DNA of 64,000 nt from Eledone cirrhosa (lineage: Eukaryota): contig OZ024740.1 of the NCBI GenBank assembly GCA_964016885.1, positions 332,940,001 to 333,004,000 of the forward strand. Reading direction: 5' to 3'. The notes under the pieces were generated by a model. That model did no database searches and was not told the origin of the DNA. It was given only the letters and a program-made list of their open reading frames with translations. Numbering within the stretch: the stretch's first letter is position 1; each line of letters begins with the position of its first letter. The position numbers and the translations under genes were made by a program. Shown here piece by piece: positions 47,931-61,000 of this stretch.

Positions 47931-50900
47931 CTTTCTTTATTAACCACAAGGGTTTACATAAAGTAGACATGAAGGACTGTACAGGACAAAACAGGACGGT
48001 ACAAATGGGCATTACTGCGTGTAAAAAAAACAAAAACAGAGGATGTAACAGAAAAATAACGATGAAAAATTCCCCAATAGGGGGGAGACTTCCGAGGAAC
48101 ATTTGTGGAGAAAGCCCATTAAAAGGCCACAGTGACCCTGACCACCAAGGCAAGTGCCCTCTCCCAGTTTTCCACCTTTAATTTACAGACATATACTCAG
48201 AGTAGGCCCATTCACTCGGGCCATTCTTGCCTCTCTCACCCATCTTTCAACAAAATGCTGGGAAGAGAGCACTTCCCTCTCTACCCTGATTTTCCTTTTC
48301 AAATGAAATTTGAAAAAGTTAATCAGGGCATCACCGAAGAGGTAAGTGTTCGTTTTCAGCCCTTTCAGACGTGTCCACCATATTATCTCTTTCACCATGG
48401 CCACCAGACAGATAAAAACTGCCTGCCCTTCCCGGCTAAAGGAAGAGGGCGGGGCAATCCTCACGATGGACTCAGCTGATAGCTGGATCCGTCCTACACG
48501 TGACAGCAGGTGTTCGACATAAACCCACAAGTCAGCAATGCTCGGACACTGGACGAGTGCGTGCAGGACGGTTTCGTCGCCCTTCGCGCATCTAGGACAT
48601 GGCCGGCTGACGGCACCTCCATGCCTGTATTGGTTATCCCGAACTGGCAAAGCTCCTCGGTAGCACTGCCAGGCCAGGGATTTCTGGAAGTTGTCCATAG
48701 GCCCCGGCCCGAAAGTTCTTCCGATGAGATTAGCTAGTTGATTTTCGTCGACGCCTAGAGTTTCTCCAAGTACGTCGTCGCTCTTCCCTTCCACTAATCC
48801 TCAATAGAACTCCATGGTGGAGTTTCCACCGATCACATTGCCCGATTGGTCGAGGACTGTGAGCGCCTGAAGACATTCCAGTCTCCAAGCGCTCTCTCTC
48901 GGTCTTCGCTTGACCCAGGACTTCAACTCCGTCAAGGAGACGAGCTGGGGAAAGACGCGTCTAGCAAACGGCGACCACACCTGATCACCGTCGAGGAAGA
49001 GGTGGAGATGTCGTAGACTGAGCGCGTGTCTGCGCATCATCAGCCACGGCATGCCCAGCCCTCCACGTAGCGGGTGTTGACAGCAGATGGACCACCTGAC
49101 CATTGGAGCGCGTCCCTTCCACAAAAAGCGAAAGAGTAAACCCTCTAGCGCAGTAAGGCGGGGCTTAGGACAAGGTACGACGGTCAGGCGGTAGTAGATG
49201 ACGGATGCGATGTACGCGTTCGCCACCTCCGCTCGACCTTTCAGGGATAGCTTCCTCTCCGCCCATTTCTGGGTGAGAGAAGCCACCCTGCTCGTCACCT
49301 CGTCCCAGTTTTTGTCCGTCTGGAGGTCCGGACCGAACCAGACACCTAGCAATTTAACCTGTCCGTCCGTCCAGCGCCCGACGACGCTGTTGGACGGCAT
49401 GGACCTGCATCTCCAGGCGCCGAGCTGCAGGCCCACTGAGTTTTCCTGGTTGATCATTGCTCCTGTCACCGCTTCGTATTCTGTTAGTGTAGTGCGGATC
49501 GACTCGATGTGTTTGGCGTTCGACACCACTACGGTGACATCGTCCGCATATGCTGACCAGGATCTTCCGCATCCTAGTTCGCGTGGGACCCCCCTCAACG
49601 TCTGCAGTTTGTGCAGTAATGGCTCGAGAGTCAATACGTACCAGAGGGACGAGAGGGGACATCCTTGGCGGAACGAGCGCATGATGTTGAACGGTTCCGA
49701 AAGGTGACCGTTCTCTCTCACCACAGAGCAGATGTCGCTGTGCATGGCAGCGATCGACCCTTTGAAGACGGGCCCGAAGCCAGCGGCCCTCAGGACTGCC
49801 GCTAGGTAACGATGGTCGACCCTATCGAAAGCTTTCGGCTGATCTAAATTGATCATGGACCCACCCATGCCAGTGCCTAGCAACCCTCTCTACGATGTAT
49901 CGCATGAGGTGGAGGTTCTCCCACCAGACCACAAACGACAAGCGCCAACCACTTTGCTAGCACCTTCGCCAAAATCTTGAACTCTGTGATTAGCAGAGTT
50001 ATGGGCCTGATATTATCTATGTTATCCCTCTTCTTCGGATCCTTTCTCAGCAGTGCCACCGCTCCTCAGCTCACAGAGCTGGGAATTCTCCCGTTCTGAT
50101 GCCAGTTGCAGTAGACATCCGCCAAGAGCCCTCCCAACAAGTCTGGCATCTGTACGTAAAGTTCATAGGGCAAACCAACCAAACCAAGCGTTTTACCCCT
50201 TGTGCAGCCAGTCATTGCCTCCAGTACTTCAGCGGCTGTTATCGGCTTTTCGCAACTCTCCGCCTCAGTGGCCGAGACCGCGGCAGTGCGTCGAGGTAGA
50301 CACTCAAGTCCATCCCTCGATCCGGCCCGCTACTTTGCGAAGTGTCGCTGAAAAGCTTCACCCATTTGCCCGGGATCGAGTAGCATGCGCCCGTCGTGGT
50401 CCACCAAAGACCCGATCTTGGCTGTGTTGCCACGACGCGCCTCCGCTACTCGGGTCCATTGAACGGCTTTCGTCCCCTCGTGTCTGAGAGCACTCACCCT
50501 AGCTCTGACAACGCAGACTTCGTGCTTTGCATTGAAGAATTGGTCAAGCGCCAATTTTGCCGCAAGTACGTCCGTCGCGATGCCTTTGCTAAGCGCCTCG
50601 TCTAATTTTCTAACTAGTTCTCCTTCTGCTCTATTTTTCTCTATTGCTAAAGTCTTACTAAACCTAATGGACTCTATTCTAGTCGCTCTTTTCAGAGCAA
50701 ACCACCACTTGCTGTTGACGATGGCCCCCGTCAACGCCCGCTCTACTAGTTCGCTAATCCGGTCTCTGTAGGCCTTGCGCGCTGGTAAGGACGCGTTTAG
50801 CTTCCACTCACTGGGTCCTCGTCTATGAAGCCTATTAAGTCAAGCACACATATCACGAATTTGTGGTCCGTGTAGCTGACTGTCTTGAATTGTGGACAGC

Positions 50901-53682
50901 CTATCTAGACATATCTATTTCCCTACAAAATACTCTATCTAGATATGATCTGGATGACCCTATTCGATTTGTCAAAGTCCACATTGGTACATTCTTGAAA
51001 TCCAATCGGTACCTGTCAGACAGTTCAAAACGTCTGAGCAGGTTGGTGAGGATGTTGCCCTCTCCTTCCCTATCCGCTAATCCCACACAGTCCCAGCGTG
51101 CATCTAAGATCCCGTTCGCCCACTAAGACTAAAGAGAGGGACGTTCCAAGAAAGGTCTCCAGACGCCGAATGAAATCAGGCCGCCCTGCTCCTGTCGGGG
51201 CGTAGACGGCCACTAGCCTGAAAGCTTGCCCGTCTCCGCTGGTCACGTCCAGCACCACCAACTTACCTTCTGGTTCCAGGAAGCTGGCCCGTATGGCGAG
51301 ATCCAAACCTCTCCGAAAAAGCACAGCAACTCCTCCCCGATACAGGACGTCTGGGAGATGCGTACACATCGTAGCCGCCGAAGATCAGTGCTAAGGCCGG
51401 TGCTTCGGAGATTCTGGTCTCGCGGATAGCCACTATATCTATGTTTAGTGACCTGAGGTCGTTGAGCAGGTGGCCCTGCTTCCATGACGACCCCAAGCCA
51501 CGCGCATTCATGCTGCCTATTCTGAGTGAGGTCATGTTGAAATGGAGTGGAAAATATGGTAAAACAACTTACCTTACTTCTCGTAGAGGAAGGATGGTTT
51601 TTCTATCCTTTTCACTGCTTATGGCCTTCTCCGGAAGGATGTCCTTATAAATCCTCCTGGAGAGTGCTTGTCGGGAGTCTCCGATGTCTTTGGAGAATTT
51701 TTGTTTTAGTGTCGTGTACGTTTTCTGTGTGATGCGAGTGATTTGTATGTGTGGAGGTGGTGTGAACTTTTGGGTTGTTGTGTAGTCTTTTTCTGTGATG
51801 CTGGTGTTGTGTTGGATGTAGTGTAATAATTGGTTGTTGTTCAAATGTAATGCTGTATAGTGTGTATCGTTTTGGTTGTTTTGTTTTGTTTGCGTTTTTT
51901 GAGGGTTTGTTTCTGTTTCGCTTTTTGGTGACTTTTGTGGTGTTGGTGATGGTGGTGTTGGGGTTAATGATGGTCATGGTGTTGGTGTTTTTGCTGATGG
52001 GGTTGGTGATGCTGGCGTGGATGGTGGCATAGCTGTCCTAACTTTTTTCTTTGATAGTTAATTTGTTTCCCTGTGTATTTTGTTTTTGGAGGGGGAAAGG
52101 AAGTGGATTTTTCTTTTTTGGTTTCTCTTTCTTTCTTTCTTTTTTCCTGATACTGTTTCCCACTCCTCATCGGCACAATCTGTCTCTAGTTGCGATAGGT
52201 CGGGGAGTTGAAAATCATCCACAGGCGTTGGTCTTGGTTGTGGCGTATTGGATGGTGTAAGCGCTGGTGCCAGTTCTGGCGCGTTGGTTGGTGGTGGTGT
52301 TGGTTTTGCTACTGTTGTTGGGGTTGTTGCTGTTACAGTTGCTTCTCTTGTTGCTGCCACACTTGCTTCTGCCACTTCTGCTGGGGGTGGTGTTGATGGT
52401 TGAGTCACTGGAGTGGGTAAGAGAAGTGGCCTCAACTTTTTAGCCTGAGGGCAGAAAGCCCTTAGGTGGGTTCCTTCACCAGAAACGACACACCTAGGCC
52501 TTCTGCCCTCGACGATTATGGTGAGGTGGCTGCCGTCAGTGAGGTCTATTACTTCTGGGATCTCCTCAATGCTTTTTTGGTCCGCTTGGATCAGGAGCTC
52601 CATCCCACATCCGGACCAGTTCTGCTGCTTTTCTTTCGCTATTTCGATTATCTTGGTGTTCGCTTCGATGCCGGCGAGGACTGCAGCTATTAACCAGGGA
52701 CTTTCGATGGCCGGTGGTACGTGGGTCACCCTGATCTTCACGAGTCTCTGGACACAATAGCTTGGGACGAGTGTGAAGTCGTAAATTCTTAATGGCATCA
52801 TGGAGTGTTCGCTGGCTTTCTGTGGTGTTTTAAAGAACACGCCCACGGTTCCATAATTCTGCTCACGTCTGATGTGGGTTTTTTTTTATCCCACACATGT
52901 CCCAAAGCTTTTTTGAGCGTTCCACTCGGCGCGATTTTATGTTAATCGTCCGATAAGACACGGTGCATAGGCGCCGATGCACCATTTTATTAGGTGGGGT
53001 GGGGGTGAGGCTGACCTGTACCCATCTTTCTTTACCATTCTTTTGGTTTCTTCTAATTCCTCCTGAGTTATCTGGAATGCTTCGCACTTTTTTGCTACTC
53101 TGGCAAAAGACAGGGTGGTTTTCTTAATTTCATTGATGTTGTTGTTATCGTTATTTTTGTTATTGTTAATTTTAGTTTCAGTTGTGGTGGTGGTGGCGTC
53201 AGTGGTGTTCGGTGTGGAAGAGTTCATTTTGGGTGGATTCATTTCGATATCACGAGATAATTTTTTTTTGTTTCTGTTGTCGCTGTGGTGGCGGCTTCAA
53301 CACCTGCAGTCATTGGTAACGGCGAGAAATGAATGTCTGCCTGAGACAAATTTAAAATATTGATACTGCTTATATTTTTAGTGTTGGCAAACGTAGTAAT
53401 ATTTACAATGGTGGAGTCGGTGTGAGGTGTTAGTTTGTGAGGAAGGTGTGACTCTGAGTCCTCCATGATTTTTTCAAAGAAAAATGTTTTGTTTGATAAT
53501 TATAAAAGTTTAAATTTTGGGCTCAAGGCCCCAATCATTTTGAGTGTCCTTTTCAGATAACAACGTATGTGCACTTATATACAGTTAACAATAAAAAATT
53601 TCCATAAATGGCAATTTTAAACAACTGAAAATAACATATATTTGCGGAGCTCACGATAATACGATTTAGTAGGTAGGTCGCC
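47931..53682 (-). mobile_element. Tx1/L1-clade retrotransposon copy I: full length, degenerate (C/H/I family)
   Basis: 5' GGCGACCTACC; ORF1 53466-51569 and ORF2 51535-48183 in many pieces; 3' AATAAAGAAAG then TATTATT. Confidence 0.94.

Positions 53683-53723
<41 letters not shown>
53683..53723. repeat. (AAT)n at the I/Dong2 head-to-head junction
   Basis: Read directly from the sequence. Confidence 0.96.
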
Positions 53724-53725
<2 letters not shown>

Positions 53726-56257
53726 TGAAGCAACGCATTGTAGCAAAGAGTGCCAAAATCAGGCGATACGAGAACAGAGTCAGTCAGTATAAACAGAACC
53801 GCATGTTCCACAACAACCAGAAGATGTTGTTTGGACAGCTTGAGGGGAAAGAAAGAGGCAACGACTTGATCCCTGGGGCGGAACAAGCTAAAACATTCTG
53901 GAGAGGAATATGGGAGCAGGATGTTAGACACAATGCCCAGGCAGGGTGGATTGAGACAGTACAGAGGGAGATCGGTGAGCAGGCACAGCAACAGACTGAT
54001 TTGAGTATCACAGTTGAAACTCTTAAGGGGCAAGCCAAAAAACTAACCAACTGGAAATCACCAGGCCCAGATGGTGTGCAGGGGTATTGGATTAAACATT
54101 TAACATCCCTCCACCCGAAGCTGACGGCCATGTTCAATGACTGCTTGGTGAGGTGCCAGAGTGGTTGACAAAAGGTACCACAGTTCTGATAATGAAAGAC
54201 CGAATCAAGGGTAATGATGTTACCAACTATAGACCTATCACATGTCTGCCCGTAATGTGTAAACTGTTGACGAGCATTGTGTCTGAGGAAATCTACCATC
54301 ACCTCCACACAAACAACTTGTTGCCGGACGAACAGAAAGGATGCCGAAAGAAGTCACGTGGTACAAAGGACCAGTTGCTTATTGATAAGATGGTAATGGG
54401 GAATTGCAGGAGGAGACACACTGATCTTGCCATGGGATGGATAGACTACAGAAAGGCATTTGACATGGTGCCTCATTCCTGGATCACCAAAAGCCTGGAG
54501 ATCTTCAGAGTGGCAGATAACATCAGACAGTTGCTGGGCAGGAGTATGGGGTCCTGGGAGACAGAGTTGACATCAACTGGAGTATCCTTGGGAAGCGTGA
54601 AGATCAAGAGAGGTATCTTCCAGGGAGATAGCCTGTCCCCTCTGTTGTTTGTCCTTGCCCTGATGCCCTTGACCATTATGCTGCGAAAAGTGAGAGCAGG
54701 ATACAAGTTGGGAAGGGGAGAGCTTACCATCAATCACCTCCTCTTCATGGACGATCTTAAGCTCTTCGGGAAAAGTGAGAAGGAGTTGGATGTGCTTGTT
54801 GACACTGTCCGTATTTTCAGCAGTGATATATGTATGCAGTTTGGTATTGGTAAATGTGGAGTCATTGTGATGAGGAGGGGTAGGTTGAGCAGAAGTAACG
54901 GGATACAGATACCAACAGGTGAGATGATAAAGGAAATTGACTCTGAGGAAGGATACAAGTATTTGGGCATTCTGGAGGCTGATGGCATAAAGAACAAAAA
55001 AATGAAGGAATTGTTAAGAACTGAATACATTCGGAGAGTAAGGAGCGTATTGAAGTCACATCTGAACAGCAGAAATGCCATAAGCGCAGTAAATTCCCGA
55101 GCTGTGTCTATTATTAGGTACAATGCGGGAATTCTGAGATGGAATGTTGCTGAACAAAAAGAAATGGATAGGAAGACTAGGAAGCTATTGACTATCTACA
55201 ACATGTTCCACAAGAGGAGTGATGTCGATAGACTCTACCTAAGGAGATCTGAGGGTGGAAGAGGTCTTATCAGCATAGAGGACTGTGTTCAGATGGAGAA
55301 AAACAACCTATACAAATACGTGACCTATAGTAAGGAGCCAATGCTCAGAGCTGTACTGAAGGAGGGGACAGTAGGCCAGGGGATATCCAAGGAGGAAATA
55401 ACATCAAGGAGGAAGAGCAGCTTTAAGGGAAAATCCCTTCATAGTACCTTCTTTGAGAAAACTGAATTTAGAGATCCACAGACATGGAACTGGTTGAGAA
55501 GAGGAGACCTCAAAAAGGATACAGAAGGAATGCTAATGGCTGCGCAGGAGCAGGCCCTCAAAACGAAGTGGTTGAAGCACCATATCTACAAGGAGGAGGC
55601 TAGCCCACTGTGCAGGATCTGTGGAGAGAGAGAGGAGACTGTGGCTCACATTGTGTCCGAGTGTAAACACCTAGCCCAGACCCACTATAAGGGCTGGAGA
55701 CACGATGTGATGGGCAGGGTGATCCACTGGCACCTGTGCAAAGTAAACAATCTACCACATTCTGAGAAATGGTATGAGCATAGGCCAGAGGCGGTGATGG
55801 AGAACAGTCAGGTGAAGGTGCTGTGGGATTTTAGGATACAGACGGACAAAAAACTGGAACACAATAGACCTGAACTGGTGGTTGTGGACAAAGAAAAAAG
55901 ATCGTGCCTGATTGTGGATGTGGCCTGCCCGTTCGACACGAGAGTGCAAGAGAAGGAGAGGGAGAAAATTAACCGATACCAGGACCTAAAGTGGGAGGTG
56001 AAAAGGATTTGGAACTGCCATGAAGTCAAAGTGATCCCGATTGTCATAGGCGCACTGGGGACTATCTCGAAAGGTTTCCAGGGATGGTTAAAGAAAATCG
56101 GCCCCTTCACGCTTTTTGGAACGCTTCAAAAGGCATGCTTGCTTGGAACGGCAAGAACCCTCCGATACGTCCTGAATATCTGAGGCTGCAGGTAGTGGCT
56201 TGATATTCAATCCAACGGACTTTCCAGTTAACCAACATCAATGACTGAGATTCAAGG
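53724..56257 (+). mobile_element. R4/Dong-clade copy Dong2: 5'-truncated, nearly intact RT-RLE
   Basis: Begins mid-ORF directly after (AAT)n and ends in an (AAC/AAT)n tail at 56258-56292. Confidence 0.94.
53725..56183 (+). pseudogene. Dong2 ORF: RT, CCHC and restriction-like endonuclease, one frameshift near 54155
   Basis: [64 protein letters not shown], and RPELVV (PD changed to PE)..DVACPFD. Confidence 0.92.
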
Positions 56258-56307
56258 AATAACAATAACAATAATAATAATAATAATAATAAGGGAAGAA
56301 GACACAC

Positions 56308-57080
56308 ATGGTGGATAGAAGGTCGAGAAATCGCTCCCGTAAGTTTTGATTTTTTAACATATTTAAATCAATTGTGAAATAACAATTCTTAGTACAAATG
56401 TTGCATAAAACATCCGGCTTGAGTCCCAAAAAATTCGGATCCATAATATATTGTTATATCGCTCAAATATTCAATTTTGTATTATACATTTTATATTCAA
56501 AAAAGAAAATGTTTATAAATGGAAGAAAACCCCTCTGTCTACACTATATAGAACAGCCAAATAACAGCAATTTCACCAACATCAGAAACTAGATACACCA
56601 CCTACCCCATCACCCCTCTGTGTACACTAAACACAACAGCCAGATAACGGCAATTTCACCACCACCACCAATCTCATTACTATTGCCTCAAGTTTTAGTT
56701 CTAACAAAATGTTTAATTCCAATATTAAGAAAAATATGTCAACACATATACGCGACTAACGATAATTTCACTAAAGATAATTTCACCACCAATACCATCA
56801 CCACTACCACGACTCACATTTCTACTCCAACTTCAACACCATCACTACAGTAATACGACCACATCACCACCATGGCTGCCTCATTATCGCTACCGCCGCT
56901 ATTCTCTCCCACTACCTCCTGCTAGTTGCTGCTAGCACAGCACCGCCACCACCAACCGCCACTGCCTCATTATTACTACCGCCGCTATTCTCTCCCGCTA
57001 CCCCCTGCTACATTGTAGAATTCCCACGAAAAGAGGAAAACATCAAAATATATAAATAGACTGAATTGATGACCCGGTCA
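56308..57080 (+). repeat. Unassigned spacer module, copy 1 (similar to 61737-62438)
   Basis: Shared blocks such as GGTGGATAGA, AACAATTCTTAGTACAAATG, TGTTATATCGCTCAAATATTCAATTTTGTATTATACATTTTATATTCAAA and ACCCGGTCAAA. Confidence 0.85.
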
Positions 57081-57905
57081 AAATAAAAAAAAATAAAAAT
57101 AAAAAATAAAAATCAAGTTTTAGTTTTAACAAAATGTTTAATTCCAATATTAAGATATTATGTCAACACATATACGCGACTAATGATAATTTCACTAAAG
57201 ATAATTTCACCACCAATACCACCACCACTACCACGATGAAAACTCTGATCAAGTCGACTCAAATTTCTACTCCAACTTTAACACCATCACTCCAGTAATA
57301 CGACCACATCACTACCACCACTGCCTCATTATCGCTACCGCCGCTATTCTCTCCCACTACCTCCTGCTAGTTGCTGCTGGCACAGCACCGCCACCACCAC
57401 CGCCGCCGCTGCCTCAATATCACTACCGCCGCTATTCTCTCCCGCTACCCTCTGCTACTTTGTAGAATTTTCACTAAGAGAGGAAAACATCAAAATATAT
57501 AAATAGACTTGAATTGATGACCCGGTCAAAATAAAAAAAAAACAAAAAACAAAAATAAAAATCAAGTTTTAGTTTTAACAAAATGTTTAATTCCAATATT
57601 AAGATATTATGTCAACACATATACGAGACTAATGATAATTTCACTAAAGGTAATTTCACCACCAGTGCCACCACCACTGCCAGGATGAAAACTCTGGTCA
57701 ATTCGACTCAAATTTCTACTCCATCTTCAACACCATCGCTACCGCCGCCGCTACCGCCGCCGCTGCCTCATTGTCACTGCCGCCGCTATTCTCTCCCGCT
57801 AGCCCCTGCTACATTGTAGAATTCTCACTAAAAGAGGAAGGCATCAAAATATATAAATAGACTGAATTGATGACCCGGTCAAAATAAAAAAAAATAAAAA
57901 TAAAA
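56689..57905 (+). repeat. Tandem repeat of three units (starts 56689, 57114, 57563) with internal ~75-bp duplications
   Basis: Each unit starts CAAGTTTTAGTT(C/T)TAACAAAATG and ends GAATTGATGACCCGGTCAAAATAAAAAAA. Confidence 0.9.
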
Positions 57906-58084
57906 ACCAAAGCAGCACAGCAACAACGAAAAACGTAAAGGAAATAAAAATGAAGAGAAAAACAAACGGACGGACAGAGAAGGGAAGGGAAAAACTAAGT
58001 CAGACATTCAAACACTACATTACAATGAAACTTATGCTTATTCATTTTTGGGTTTTTTTCTGCCTGTTTGTTTGTTTGTTTATT

Positions 58085-61000
58085 TGGGTTCGTCTACAGC
58101 GTGATAATGCCACACAAAAGTCACGTGGAGTGACGAAACCACCGGAGACAATTAATTCACCGGTGGTTATGTAACCATACATTCGCCAATCATCGATAAG
58201 AGTGTTTAAATGTCGAACCTAAACAGTTCGAATAACGGTGCAATGGAGACTAGAATATCATGTGACGGACTCTCACCCAACAGGTGCTCCCTGGCTCAGC
58301 AGCAGGGACCTGGCTGTCAACCAAATACTGCTGGTGTCGGAGGAAGATGAAGAAGGAAAGGCACCAGAACCAACTGGACGAAAAAATTGAATAGAACTGT
58401 TATGCAATGTTACCTGAAGAGTAACCCCAAGGAGAAAGGCTATAGGAAAAGGATACATAACATCTGGAACGAGATTGGTTCATTTAAATTAGATGAACAA
58501 AAACTGGCCGGGCAGGCTCGGGTAATAAGACTAATGGGTGGATAAGCGAGCTGGAACTGGAGGAACTGAGCAGAGAGATTAGCTTGGAGATGGAGGGTGG
58601 AGTATGCCAGGCAAACGAGCCAGTGGAAAATGAAGGTGAAGAGGTCGAGAGAACGGAGGAACCACCCGAAGCAGACAATGATCTGAATGCTGAGATAAAT
58701 AATACCTGGAACAGAGATACGGCCACTGAGGAGATGAATGCTGACGGGCTAGGACAAGATTTGGTAGATATCCTAAACTTAGTTGTAGATGAATTGAACA
58801 ATGATAGTGGGAGACCTATGAACCTAAGATTTGTAGACAGGAAAAAGTTAAAAGAAACAACAGCTAAGGTAAACAAAGTCATCCCATACCTTGAGGCGAG
58901 GAGCCTTCACCAGTGCAACAGTATCCTCAAAGCAACAGCAAATACGGTGAGGAAACTACTTGGTATAAAAGCGAGAGGAAACAACAGACAAGAAAGAGCA
59001 GAGCCTTGGTGGAAGAAACGACTGAGTGGTCAAATCAGGGAAATGAGAAATTACATTGGAAAGCTTGAGTCCCTACTGAATGGGACACTAAAAAACATAG
59101 ACACTAAAAATAGACTGGAAATAAAGTACAAAACTAGGAGGAAAAAGCTAAATATTATCATAGAGGAACTGAAGCAGCGCATTGTAGCAAAGAGTGCAAA
59201 AATGGTGATACGAGAACAGAGTCAGTCAGTATAGACAGAACCGCATGTTCGACAACAACCAGAAGATGCTGTTTGGACAGGCTGAAGAGAAAGAAAGAGG
59301 CAACGACTTGATCCCTGAGGCGGAAAAAACTAAAACATTCTGGAGAGGAATATGGGAGCAGGATGTTAAACATAATGACCAGGCAGTGTAGATTGAGACA
59401 GTACAGAAGGAAATCAGTGAACAGGCACACCAACAAACTGATTTGAGTATCACAGTTGAAACGCTTAAGGGGTAGGCCAAAAAACTAACCAACTGGAAAT
59501 CACCTGGCCCAGATGGTGTGCACGGGTATTGGATTAAAAACATAACATCCCTCCACCCGAAACTGACAACCATGTTCAATGACTGCTTGATGTCAGGTGA
59601 GGTACCAGAGTGGTTGACAAAAGGTACCACAGTTCTGATAATGAAAGACCGAATCAAGGGTAATGATGTTACCAACTATAGACCTATCACATGTCTGTCC
59701 GTAATGTGGAAATTGTTGACAAGCATTATGTCTGAAGAAATCTACCATCACCTCCACACAAATAACTTGTTACCGGACGAACAGAAAGGATGCCGAAAGA
59801 AGTCACGTGGTACAAAGGACCAGTTACTTATTGATAAGATGGTAATGAGGAATTGCAAGAGGAGACACATTGGTCTTGCCATGGGATGGATAGACTACAA
59901 AAAGGCATTTGACATGGTGCCTCATTCTTGGATCATCAAAAGCCTGGAGATCTTCAAGGTGGCAGATAACATCAGACAGTTGTTGGGCAAAAGTATGAAG
60001 TCCTGGGAAACAGAGTTAACATCAACTGGAGAATCCTTGGGAAGCGTGAAGATCAAGAGAGGTATCTTCCAGGGAGATAGTCTGTCCCCTCTGTTGTTTG
60101 TCCTTGCCCTGATGCCCCTGACGAGTGTACTGCGAAAAGTGAGAGCAGGATACAGGTTGGGAAAGGGAGGGCTTACCATCAATCACCTCCTCTTCATGGA
60201 CGTTCTTAAGCTCTTCGGGAAGAGTGAGAAGGAGTTGGATGTGCTTGTTGACACTGTCAGTATTTTCAGCAATGATATATGTATGCAATTTGGTATTAGT
60301 AAGTGTGGAGTCATTGTGATGAGGAGGGGTAAGCTGAGCAGAAGTAACGGAATCCAGATACCAACAGGTGAGATGATAAAGGAAATTGACTCTGAGGAAG
60401 GATACAAGTATTTGGGCGTTCTGGAGGCTGATGACATCAAGAACAAAAAAAATGAAGGAATTGATAAGAACTAAATACCTTCGGAGAGTAAGGAGCGTAT
60501 TAAAGTCACATCTGAACAGTAGGAATGCCATAAGTGCAGTAAATTCCCGAGCTGTGTCTATTATTAGGTACAGTGCGGGAATTCTGAGATGGAATGTTGC
60601 TGAACAAAAAGAAATGGATAGGAAGACTAGGAAGCTATTGACTATCTACAATATGTTCCACAAGAGGAGTGATGTCGATAGACTCTACTTAAGGAGATCT
60701 GAAGGTGGACGAGGTCTTATCAGCATAGAGGGCTGTGTTCAGATGGAGAAAAACAACCTACACAAATACGTGACTGATAGTAAGGAGCCAATGCTCAGAA
60801 CTGTACTGAAGTAGGGGACAATAGGCCAGGGGATGTCCAAGGAGGAAATAACATCAAGCAGAAAGAGCAGCCTTCAGGAAAAATCCCTTCATAGTACTTT
60901 CTTTGAGAAAACTGAATTTAGAGATCCACAGACATGGAACTGGTTGAAAAGAGGAGATCTTAAAAAGGCTACAGAAGGAATGTTAATGGCTACGCAGGAG

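Noticed and set aside
56689-57905. CRISPR-like array
   Set aside because: Units are ~430-bp tandem copies without unique spacers, no cas genes are present, and the context is eukaryotic.
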